Assembly (NCBI GenBank): GCA_051362555.1 | Contig: CM120641.1 | Span: 24,744,401 to 24,808,400, forward strand | DNA from: Lingula anatina | Taxonomy: Eukaryota; Animalia; Brachiopoda | Direction: 5' to 3' | DNA length: 64,000 nucleotides | Shown here: positions 36,791 to 49,800 of the stretch, in pieces | How the letters are laid out: each line of letters starts with the position of its first letter | Numbering within the stretch: the stretch's first letter is position 1 | The notes under the pieces: generated by a model | What the model saw: the letters and a program-made list of their open reading frames with translations, nothing else | Databases searched by the model: none | What the model was told of the DNA's origin: nothing | Program-made: the position numbers and the translations under genes

Positions 36791-39183
36791 GTATGTTTGT
36801 TTTTGTTTGTATTCCTTTGATGATTTGAGATTGAGTTGACATAACAAAGTCATCCATTTACTCAATATTATTATTCTTTGTAAATTTTCCCTTTGTTACT
36901 TTGCTTTTTTCTTTGATCATTAAAGAAAATGCTTTTATGCAGGCACTTGAACAACCAGTTATCCAGACAGTGGTGCCACGCTCCTACTGCCCATCCTAAT
37001 ATGTTCTTTTGATTCCATAATGGAAAGAACATCTTTCTTTATCAACTCTATCTTTTTGTATACATGCTCTTTTTTTCTTAGATGGTTTCTGAATTTAATG
37101 GTGCTCAAAAACAAAAATAAGTTTTTCAGCAATTTATAAGCTCTTAATGTGTTTTGGGAATAAACAAAGTTTGCATGATGCATTGCTGTTTTTCTCAGCT
37201 TCCTGTCTTCTTTTCCCCCTTTTCACTCACATACAAGGAGAAATGAACAAACTATGGTTGCATCACAAGTATGTTGTTTCAGTGAAGTTTAACTCAAACT
37301 GGGTATCTTTTACACTTTCGGCTTTGAGTAGGTTTGTAGTATGATTTTAACAAAAACAGCCAGAGGGCAGCTCGCTGTTGGTCGCTGTTGACTTTTCTTT
37401 TACTCCACAATCTCCATCAGAGCTTATTTCTCTCTGCTTGGCTTATGTACTTACTATTTACTACTATTTTATTGTCTTTATAGAAACTAGCGTGGTTGTG
37501 ACCCTAAGTGGTTTATTTGCCTCTGGGCAGAAAAGCATAACGTAGCTAGTATTAAATGCAATATCATCATGATTTAGAGGATACAGTGTGTGTAATGGGA
37601 AAGTAGATGAAATGTGTCCATCTGAATTTTAAAACTGTTGCACAGCTGCTCTAACAGCAGTAGTGGTGATTCAGAATGTCGAAGACATGTTTTTTCCAGA
37701 CACTAGGCTTTTTTTCTACATTTTTTAAAAGTATAATGTTGCAGGGGAAATTTTAAGCTTAGTTAGGAAACCAGGTATACACAAATTTGGACAATAGCAT
37801 CCTCAATTAGCAATGACTGTGAGGTGATTATCAGTTCCTGAAATCAAGAACTAACACAGACAGTTTGGCATTTCATAAGGTTTTTTATGTATGATTATTT
37901 TCCCAGCCAGTTGTAGAGAATCACAATTTTAATCCAGTAAGATATGCCCAAATGCCTGACAGGAGTAATGCCTCACAGTCAAACAAATGAGGCTGAACTT
38001 TGAATGGAGTGCCAATCTTCTCTGTGATGTCTTTTTGATGTGCTGCTTCTGTAGGACTCTGCCAGCAGGTAGCAGCAGAAATGTTTGCCAACTATTTCAA
38101 ATATTGGTATTATCATACCCTCTTTAGCATGATTTCCCTCAGCTTGCCTTTTTTTAATGATCAAAGTGTACATTTTAGACTCATCTCGCAACCCCTTCCT
38201 CACAGAGAACAAATGGGAATTGTCATGCTCTTTTTAACATGCACCATTTATTATAGGTAGTTAAAGAACTGTGTGAAAATATACTGAACCTGTTTAGAAA
38301 CTTATTGTGTTTGATTGGGCTGGTAAGTATTTTCACAGAATCGTGCTTCACTCTTGTTGGAGATGGTGGATGGGATTTTGCTGAAAGACATTATTTTCGC
38401 TTTTTTTTTTTCATATATGATTTAATCAATCAACAGTCAGGTTTAGGGCATAGACTATGTGTAGTAGAGGGCAGAATCAAGTCTGCTGACTCCCAGGCTT
38501 GTTTGATATGGTGCTGGATAATCGTCAAGCAAAGAAATTTCTGTGTCTAATAAGCCTCAAGAGCTTTGAATCTCTGTCTGTAAGGCTGAGTGTTCTTGGT
38601 AGATATATCACACCTGTGCAGTGTTATGGAATGCATCATAACCATGCAAGCCATTATATGATCAAAGCTGAAGTAAAGAACAGTATTACTATAATTAGTA
38701 TAACATATCTAGGCAATTGCTCCATTTTCTGTACCGTAAAATGGCATTTTAACAAGATTATATCCTGTGTAGCTCATTCTGAAATTACATTTTGCCAGAA
38801 ATTGTCTTGGAATCTCCAGCTTATGTTCTTAAGTAATTGCAACAAAAGAAAATCATTGTGTATTATATTTTTTGTTTCAGGAGGAACAATGGCCAATGAA
38901 GAAGTCCCATGGTACGGGGGCATCCATGCAGTGTACCACAGACATTGAGGATATGCCTCTGCATAACTTGTGATGGGACATTTAACCGAAGGTTATCCAA
39001 AAACTAACTTCCAAGGAAAATGTCAGTGGTGAAATAACATTGCCCTTACTCCCACAAATTGTGCAGAGGTTAGTGTGGAAGATTTCAGTTTTGGAGGCCT
39101 CAGGAAAGTTTTGAATGAGGGGTTAGCTGCATGTAGTTTGGCCCAACCGAGTTTCAGACACTGCCAGCCAACACAAACACACC

Positions 39184-42100
39184 ATGGAGAGCAGTCCACA
39201 GAGACCAAGTATAGAAACCAGCACACATGATCACAGTTCTGCCTCCATTGGAGCCAATACCAAGGTGCAAGAACAGGAAAGTCTTGTCAGTGGTATTGAA
39301 CAGAAAAACATGGAGGTGCAGTGTTTCTCTGACAGCCATGCCAGCAGCAGCAGCAGCAGCAGTAGTAGACCACATCTACGCAAACAGCGGCCAGTGGAAC
39401 AACCTGCTCTGTTATTTGAGGATGAAGATGAGGAGATACCAGCAGTGCCATCTGCTGATCCTTGTATTGTTCCTGCACTTTCGGATCAAAGCAGTATTGA
39501 TGCTGATAAAGATGCAGCAGAAGCATATTTAGATCCAAATGTGGTGAATTTTTTTCTGAGGCCTGAATCTTCATCAAGTGGTTTAAGTCAACAGAATGAA
39601 GGTAAAAGAAGGCCTGTCAGTTCCAGCACCAGTGAAGAAATGAATGAGACAAGTGAAAGTTGGCTGATGACAACCAAAGGCAGTTTGGAACTAAAACAAA
39701 CTTGGGTGCCTAGTAGTCCGCGGCCCTCACTAAAACATGGGCAAATGCTACGTTCGCCTAGTGCCAGTCCCTCCAGGCAGAGTGTAGGTCTGGACCACTT
39801 AGATAACTTGTGTCGTCTGATGGAACAATTGGCTGGATTAAAGGAAGAAAACAACAATCTTCGTAAGAAGTGCTCATATCTTGAAGATACTAAAATATTA
39901 CTTCAAGCTCAGAATGAAATGCTGGCCAATAGTGCTTCTGATGCAGTCTCTCATGTTTCTCGTCAGAACAAAGTTGACAGAAAAGAGAGCGCTCGCTCTC
40001 GAAAAAGACTTCCTAGTGCAGATTTCGGAGTTGAGGAAGCCATCAGACATTCGGATCTTCAACTTGTAAAAAGAAGAACTCAGTCAACTGGTTCACTAGA
40101 CATCACTGACAATGATGTTTTTCTGCCCGGTGAAGAAAGTGCCAATAAAAAACAAAAACTCATCAAACAGTCCTCAGACGTCCCCTTGTCAAAGCATGAA
40201 AAATCAAAATCTTCCCAGGACCCAAGATTCAAGAGCAAAAAAATCACCAAGTGGGAGAGGGTGAAGATGGTGTTTACGGGGAAAGAACCAGTTAATAAAC
40301 TCCAGGTTCCAAATGAGTCCTCGGCAGACATGAGGTCTGATGACAGCGGGATGGGAGAGGAGGGGAGCCATCAGAAACTGGATACCTGCAGTGAGCCTAC
40401 AACTCCCATGGTCATTGAGAGGGCAACATCACATGTTGATAATGATGAAGATCCAGAGATGGCACAAGTTGTCTGGATGAGGGACCCTGGTAGGTTTATA
40501 CTGGTATCAGGGTACCCATACTTTCTAATTTCTCTATATTTAATTACATTAGTGGCCTTTTTTATAATTGAAGATAATCCTGGTTCCAAATTCAGCAGCA
40601 CTGTGGTCAGATGCTGTGGGTTTTAAAAGATTTTCAGCAATCAAAAGTTACATTATTTTTCTTTTTCAAGCATAAAGTTGAATTAATTTAATCATTGGTA
40701 AAAAAAAATCAGCTTCAGCCTTGTCTTATCCAAAAATGGACATACCGGTTATATAACTGTAAATGTTATGTATAATTATTGCATTGAATTCATTAATCTG
40801 AGCATCAAAATGTTGGGGCAAATTACTTGAAAAAAGTATTTTCATCAATGGCATATTTTACATGCCTCCCTGTGATTGTTGTGGAAGGAAGCTTTGGCAG
40901 ACAGTTGAGATAAAACACTTTATCAATGTTTGTTATGACATTCTTAAAGCCTTAGTTGATATCATATTTTAGAATAACTCCTCAAATGCCAACCTTTCTT
41001 CATTGTTTTGCTTTCTCCCATAAGGAAAAGTTCAGAAACACTATGAGATAATTTATATTATACAATTCCATTAATACTTTACCAATCTTATTGTTATTTT
41101 GCATTTTTGTCCAGTGATAAATAAGTCATTGTTGTTTCATTCCAGCCCAGTTGACAGTTTTATTTGCATGTTAATGATTTCTCCTGGTGAAGTGAGAGTC
41201 CATATTTTTACAAGAGATAAAAGTGGAATTTCTTTTTAATTTTAATTAAATTGATCGATCTACTTTTTTCTGAATCATGATGCTTTTTATGTACAGACAC
41301 AGATGTGTCTGTACATATTGCCATCACCTGCGTCTGTCGTCGCCGTCGTCGCCGATGCCGATGCCGATGGCAATGCCGTCGCCGTGCACTTTCACTGTAA
41401 ACACGATAAGTGGAACACAGTTTTATTTTTTGGTTTTATATTTACAGAGCTGATGAATATTCATAAAACGCAGGTCAAGTTCAAAAATCAGCATGATCGG
41501 GCCATTATTGTAGAAGTTATGCTGTTTTATCACTTTTCAGCATATATGCAACCCTGTAAACACATTTTAAGGAAAACCGTTAGGCCTGTTGTCATGAAAC
41601 TCACAAGAGTAATCAATCTTACTAAAATGCAGGTCAAGTTCGAAAATTGGCATGATCGGGCCACTATTTTACTAGTTATGCTGTTTTTTCCTTTTTTTTC
41701 AGCATATGTGCAACACTGTAAACACAATATAAGAAAAACAGATGGGCCAATTGTCATGAAAGTCACAGGAGGGGTCAATTTTACTAAAATGCAGGTTGAG
41801 TTCGTAAATCAGCATAATCGTGCCATTATTTTAGAAGTTATGCTGTTTTTTCACATTTCCTCAGATTCAATTCTTAGGCATGTTAACAGTCTCATTATTA
41901 AACTAATAAGATACGTAAAAGTGTTTGTTTGACATTTCCTGCATCTTTACAACATTGTTAGTTGATTATGTAAAACTGATGGTAAACTTGTTATCGTGTA
42001 TTGTGTAATAAAGTTTCAAAAATAGAAATAAACTCATATCATTGCACTTTGTCAGATTCAATCATCCACTATGTTCAGAATCTCAGAATGGAGGAAATTG

Positions 42101-43850
42101 GACATTTAACATTGTTCTATTGATATTTTTCCAATATCATTAATTTTCTTAGTTGATCATATAAAAATGGCAGTAAACTGTTCATTTTGTTTTATGTTAA
42201 AAAAGTGTTAAAAATGGAAATAAACCCATTTCAGAACAGTGCTGTCTTGTTAAAATTTGATGTTGAATTTGCAGTTTAACATTATGTACTTTTGCATCAG
42301 AATTGGCAGTAGCCTATTTTGTGCATAGTTATTTCCTGCTTTTTGTCTGTACATTTGACAGCTTTGCTGCCTTGTTTTACCATTTGTATGCAACATGTGC
42401 ATGCTTTTAAGCACCACTGAAAATAATCCAATTTAGAAAGCCAGAGCAAATGATGTTGTGGCCTATGTTTTCAAACTCATTAAAGATTTATTTTGGAGAG
42501 CAGCAGATCTTGGGTCATTGAAAGAAAACACTTCACAGCTAGTGTTCACTGAATATATCTGCCTAACAAAATTACGTATCACCAAGAATGTGGCAATATA
42601 TTTTTAATATTACTGAAGGCAATAAGACTGGCGTCTAGAGCATTTGATTTCAATATAGGTAGAAGAAAAAAAGGGTGGAAGTAGCTTAAATTTGATTCAA
42701 TTTTTGTGAAAGATGTAAACATACACACCTCGTAGATAAGGAGTTCATGATGTATTGCCTCCCAGGTACATCCTTCTCTCCAAGCTTTGTTCTCATGTCA
42801 CAGTCTGCTGATTTGATGTTTAAAAATATATCAAATTAAATTTTGTTGCACAGTACAGTCATTGTATGGTTTGATTTTTAAACCTGTCTTAGAAGCAGGT
42901 ATTTTGCAGTCATTGTACATAAATTTGATGTTTTCCAGGTTGGGAAGAGCAGGGGACTGTTCTCCACCCTGGTGCTTCTGACGATGCCTGCCTGGACAGC
43001 CTGATGAAGTCCGCTCCGTCCACCACAGTGGCTGACCAAGTGTCCACTTACCTGGACATCGACACCATCAGTCTCAAGTCCAGTCCAGTCATGTCGCGCA
43101 GGCATACATCTGGGTCATCCAAGCACAGTCAGGTGTCTCTGCGCAGCACCTCCCCACACAGACATAAAGGAGAAGAGATGGAGCACCTGTCTCGTCACCC
43201 TGGAGGTGGGATACATCATGCTAAGACTGCCTGGGGTCGGGTCAAAGATATCATACATACTAGAAAGGACAGCATCAGGCGTAGGGGGCATAAAATAACT
43301 GACCATGGGAAAGGGACAGAGTACTACTCTGATGGCGACTATGTAGAGTACTATGATGAAGGAAGTCCTGTGCCTAAACAGAAGTTCAGCAGACGATTGG
43401 ATACATCTGTAAGGTCACATGACAGTTCGTCTCTACGGAGTCCCAGAGGGTCACCACATACACTGAGAAAGCAGGGATCTTCTGGAGGTATGCCCTGTGC
43501 GATTGTTTGGGAAAGTTTTATTATTTGCTTGGTAACAAATTAAAGACAAAATATCGAAAAGCTTGAGATTCCTGGAAAGACTTCATTTTGACTTTTAAAA
43601 ACATTTTTTGTCATTATTTTGCTAGTGTATTAATGATGTGGGAAAGGTATAAAAAATATAATAAGATATTATAGAAAAAATGACTCAAACAATTCTGTTA
43701 AGACTGACTGGCTAATGTTAGAAGCAATTCTAATGATACAGAAAACATAGATGAAGATCATATATAAAGATCTAGCTCGCTGCAAATTCTCTCTCTCTCT
43801 CTCTTTCTCTTTCTCTCTCTCTCTCTCTCGTGCGCGCATGCGCGTGCACA

Positions 43851-43884
<34 letters not shown>

Positions 43885-46800
43885 TATTACTGTAGCTCTT
43901 GCACCAACACATGGCTCCTTTCAGGCTGTAATTTGCCCAGAGATTCAATACCTTTCCATGAGCAACTAAGATCTAGCAACTAAAAAAGATGAGGTTAACA
44001 TACACTGTCAATAGCTACCTGAATTGGCCTTTAAAAGAGCATTGACTTTGAGTTAACCTATCTAATCTCCCTAGTTTACTGCTCCATGTGTTCCCTGCAG
44101 AGTTAGCCTTAATTATGCCACTCTCTCTCTCACTGGCAGCAGGAGTGTTCATTTCTACAGAAGACAGACTTTCTTTAGATCTTATGCACACCCTGAGGTA
44201 CAGAGATTATTTGAAACTTTTCTTTGTTGTCAGCATGCATTTGCCATCACTGAAAATAACACAGGTGTGGTGATCTTGGAGATATAGTTACCAGTAAACT
44301 TTGATACTCAGAATATTCGTATATAACAACCAGAATTAAACTGTAACTTCCACCTGTGTGAAAAATGCATACCTTAAATTTAACTTATTATTAGAAAAGA
44401 GAGCAAACTGTCTGTAATATCAGCAATGCCTCACTTTCAAACAAATTACTATTTTCTAAAAGAATGTATGAAGAATAAAATTGCAACTTCTACTTGTATG
44501 TTAAAATTGAATACTCTAAATTTCACTAATTATTAAAAAAAAGAAAACTGTGTTATATCAGCAATGCCTCACTTTCAAACAAATTGCTATTTTTTAAAGA
44601 ATCCTTGGAGAATAAAAAGAGGAAGATGTAAAAAGGTGACATGTTTGAAGTGAAGATATATATGTCCCTCTAATTGTAATTATATTATCCGTCCCATTAC
44701 CCAAATGCCAACTAATTTGATTGTTATGATTCCTCCCAGGAGTTGAGGTAAACAAGAAGCACCCAGATGATGATAAGATTAAGAGGCAAGGTAAGAACTA
44801 TATAAGGAACACAGATACTGTTACAAATCTTATTTCCACCTTGCAGAATTTGAAAGTCAAATGAATTAACCTCTTTGTGGGTCATTGTACATTTACCTTT
44901 GGTAGGGATAAAGAATATGTCAAAAGTGCAAAAAAGGTCAAAACATTATTTTCACAATATATTGATACTTACAGCACTGCCAACAGCAACCATGTGATAA
45001 ATACCTGTTGTAACACTGAGTAACTGTCACCAACAGCATGGTGGCTATTGATATTAATCGTGTACATGTGGAATTTGTTTCTTTTCAGACACAGCCATGG
45101 AACTCCAGCAAAACTTATCTGAAGACTTTTTCAAGAAAATGGAGGAATGGGAAAGGAAGAAAGCAAAAAGTAAGGTTTTCCATAAAGGTGGTTTAAAATT
45201 GTGGCATCTGTTGGAAAATGCACAAAAACAAGTTTTAGACCTTTGACTGTAATCTTTTTTGGGTAGAAAGCAGCAACCTCTAAATGGATGCTACATTCAT
45301 TTTCATTAATGAAATTACTGCTCCCTACCTAGAAGTTGCAGCTCACATTAAGTAAAATAAAGAAATGTGGGAACCTGTTCACTTGACATTAACAACCTAG
45401 TGAGAGAAAAGTCTTCAGACATTCATTCCTAGGGTATTTTTGTGTTTGAAATTTGGGGTGGATGAGTTCTTTTTTTTTCTTTTTTTTTATTTTGAGTTAA
45501 TCATTTATTTTGTTAATGTATTATACATTGACTCTCATTTCACCCTGTGCTTTTTTAGTATTGAATGCAAAAAGCATGTGTGATGAGATACACTTGCAGC
45601 CGATAAGATAGGAATTATATTTATAAGAGACCATTCCCAGACCCTATCATACTAACTGTGGATCAATCTATCTCCAAGGGGATCCTTGCTAAATTGCAAT
45701 CAACATAAGTGGCTTAGATGATTGCTAGGGGTAATTAATTATTGTTTAGCAGCTTCAGTAGGCATGCCAGACATCTAAGTCGCTTAATCTGAAAGCAATT
45801 TAGTGAGAAACCCTTTGGAGATGGATCAATCTAGGTATGGGACCCAATCTAAGATGAGGAAAGGAAAAGAAAAGAAAAAGTCATTCTAAAGTCATTCTAA
45901 CAAAGGTTAATAAGTAATATTTTCAAGACTGAATTAAAAATTAACTTTTTAAAAAAGATGACATTTTTTTAAAAATGCTTGACACTAGTTTGTCTCCTCC
46001 AGGTCCCTCCCCAGCCAAGCAGGTCAGTGGCAGTGTCCCCTCGCCTCCCCCATCCACCACTTCGGCCACTGTGGACACAGTGGACATACAGCAGCAACAG
46101 CAACCCAGCCTAGAGTTTCTGCAAAAGAACCTCAGCGAGAGCTTTAACAAAAAGATGGAGGAGTGGGATAGACTAAGACTTCAGAAAGGTGGGCGGGATC
46201 CTAGCCCTGCCCCAGGGGCAATGGAAAGGAAAAGCCGTAAGGATGATAAGGGGAAAAGCAAGAAATTTAAACCAAAATCTGATGAGAAAAAGAAACGAAA
46301 GCAGAGCAAAGAGAGACCCAAGTCCAGAAATGGAAAAAGTCCAGATCAGAGGGGCTCAGTTCTTATAGAATCTGCAAATGGAGAGTATCTAGTCACGGAA
46401 GACTTTGCAAAGAAATTGCAAGAATGGGAAGAGATTAAGCTGAAGAGGGAAAGGTCAGCTTCAGAGCTAGGTAGCTCTCCACCCAACACAACAGCTAGGG
46501 ACAGGAGCAAATCTGAGGTGATGTTTGGGGAGATGTCTGGGCCTCACTCCCTCAGCCCCACCAGTTCCCCAGGCCCCAAGTCTCCAAATGAGAAGACTAA
46601 AGATACTGACAATGTGGACTTCTTTTGTAACACACCTGACGAGTTTGCTAGGTATGATGTTTAAAATAAGATTTTGATTGATTGATAGAATGATTGATTT
46701 CATTTTGATGGTATCAGCATAATCTAAACACATGCTTCTCTCTTCCATTAGTTACTTTAATGCTATAAATCAGTTATTAAAAGTCATGCATTCACATTTT

Positions 46801-49800
46801 AGCCTTGAAAATACCAACAAAAAACTTGCTAGTGAACTTGCACAGAAGGAGGCTGCCTGCAAGAACTTGGAAATGGAACTTGATCAGTTGAAGAATAAAA
46901 TACAAGAGATTAGCCAAGATCATCATCACACTATTGGTATGAACATACAAGTTATTTTTTCTTGCTAATTTGTCCTATGTACTCTCTGTGGCATTTTTAG
47001 ATTTTATTGGTACTCTTGATTTTTATTAAACATTATTTGCCAGTTTAGTCTTACTTTAATTATGTTTTTAATTTTAAGATAAGCTTGCTTGATTAGAGTC
47101 CTCTTACTGAAGCAGTTTATTTTTCACGGTACTTTTTTTCGTACTGTGTACAAATTTTCTTTACTTTTTTATTCACCTTACTGAGGCATTGTAAGTATAT
47201 CCTGTATCCTGATTTATTAACTGGCAACCAAACATAATTTACATTTTATTACTATTATTTGTTGGGGCATATAAGATATACTTGGTTGTTGGTTGTTAAA
47301 ATTGTGTTAAAAGCGTTTTAAACAGTGTTATATTTAATTTTTGTCTCATTAGTCTTGTTTGTTTGTTTGTTTGTTTTGATTGAATGAGATATGATATGCC
47401 TCTAAGTACTACTACTTCTTGCCTCTCTCAGTTTTTATCCTCATTCCAACATAACTTATATTATATAGTCTATACCATACACTGCTAAGACATACCAAGT
47501 GCTAGAATATAGACTAACACATTCAGCATAACATAAGTTTATCAAAATCTAATTTACAGAGAAGTACCGCCATGAACTGTGGGCTGGCAGTACATTTGGT
47601 CACTTCACCCAGGAGAAGGCTGAGCTGGAGAGGGTGATGTCACAGCTGAGACTCAGGCTTCAGGATCTGGAACACAATCAGGAACAGTTGGTCTTGGAGA
47701 AGAGTAATCTTGAGGTGAGAAGTGAATGTGTCCCTGTGTACATGTGTTATTCACATGCTCATGAGGGCACAAATCTCCCGTGATACTTTTATCGAGGCAT
47801 GCAGATTTGTAATTTTAGTAACATAATCCATAAAGATAAATCAGATAAAATGGTTACAGAATAATATTGCACTGAAGTATTTTAGTGAAAAAAATACCAA
47901 AGGTAGTGAAGAGAATGAAAATTGCTCAGTTGTTAATCACATTTGGACTTTTCTTCTAGGAAAAAACAATCAAGCAAATGGAGCAGCATAATCAAGCTGA
48001 GGCCAAACTTTTAGAAGAACTGAAAAGGTTACGGTCCCATCAGTTGGCTCAAGGTCAAAATGGACGCTTTCATGTTGATGACAAAATGAAACAAGACATT
48101 GACAAGTTTTGTGCACACATTTTAAGATTATATTGTAAGGTATGTAACTTGTTATAGTTTTCTGTCACATTTTGATTATATTTTATGTTGTTATTATTAT
48201 TATTCTCTGATATTTTGATGAATGAAAAAGAAACTAATTAGATTTTACTTAGCATGTGGAATTTTGTGCAGAAAGTTACTAGTTTGTAGAAGTTTTTCTT
48301 TTTTATTAACAAGTAAAAACATCAACCTTTATTGTGACATCCTAGAGAAAATTTTCTTATGAATATCTGATAACACTTATTAATAGATGTGTAAAGACAG
48401 AAATTTCTTTCCTTGTAACCAGATGAATGACATGAAGTTGGGGATAATGGAGAGGAACAAACTGGTGAAGGAGATGAAGAGACAGATGGTCCTGCAGGAA
48501 GTGACCAATCTACTTCTGGAGGCCGACAGCAACCGCCGTGGACTAGAGCTAAATTTTGTGAAGGATGCTCAGAGATCTGGCCACATAAAGCGCTGGAAGA
48601 CATTTCATGGCACAGAGGTTTGCCAAAGACAGGTACAGGTGCAGTTCATCTCTTTCCTGTGTTCAGTCTTTTAAATTGAAACGGTTACTCTTGGTGATAA
48701 GTGATAAAAGAGATTTTTTTTTCATACGGGCACTGCATTTTAAAAAAATTAGTGTTAAAAGGTAGAACTTTACAGACCCTCTCCCCACCAAGGTAGCAAC
48801 TTTTGCCAAGGACAAAGGAAATTTTAAAATATTTTCAAAACATAAGGAAAACTGAATTCCAGTGAAATTTTAATAATGTTTTTCCTCAAAAAATGTGAAG
48901 AACTGAGATATCTTGTCCACTAAAAAAAGGCAATGCCAATGAAAACATGTGCTTCTTCATTGGCAGAGGTAATCAAATAAGCCATATTGATGTTAAGATG
49001 AGATGTCTGACATGATAAAATGATAAATATGCAAAACAGCTTTGAAAGATTTTCAGCGTACACACACATGCATCATGTAACTTTACGTACAATATCAAAC
49101 TTTCCAGGTGCCCCCAGGAAACCACAGTGTTGACTATCACCTGACCAAGAAGTGTATCCATGCAGGACGGTTACACAGAGACATCGATAAGATACTGACT
49201 CAGTTTCAGCATGGACAGAGCGTGGACACAGCTGACCACTGTATGGAGTGGCTGGAGGCTCTTAAAGAAGCGGGTGGGTCATAAAATTTAGCCAGTGTCC
49301 AGTTTAATAAGGACAGAACATGGCTACTTCTAATAATTCCATGGATTGAAAATGCTCCCTCAATGTTGCCATCAACCTTTTAGTACTCCATAATAGAATG
49401 GTTAGAAAAAAGCAACGAAGTAATCCCAACTTCTGTAACCTAACTTGTCTCTGGTATTTGGCATTTTTTGTTTTTGCTAGTTTTTGTGAGCTAAGTCTTG
49501 TAATAATGCAAACATAAAACTTAATATTGTAAACTGTGTCAGCTCACTCTGTGGAAAGTCAATATGAATGCCCTCATATTGGAAAAACTTCTCATCTGAA
49601 AAAATTGACTGATCAGAAAATTCATTTTTTAGGCAAAGTGAAACTAGAAACTGCCATGGCTTCTAAAGAGACCTCTTCTACTCAGACGGACCCGCTGAAG
49701 TTGGAGGATGTTGTGGTACGTCCAAAATCTTTCCATCCAGAAATCACAAAAGTTGTTAAAACAGCAGAACTTGAAGGAAGCAGAATAGATAGTTCCTTTG

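Noticed and set aside
21400-38800. Many 60-150-aa ORFs
   Set aside because: Composition is typical of random AT-rich intron translation, and I could not build a phase-consistent exon chain.
41303-41932. 209-aa ORF and related ORFs at 8567, 9474, 10317 and 36312
   Set aside because: Translations of microsatellite and tandem core repeats; the frames are not conserved among copies.
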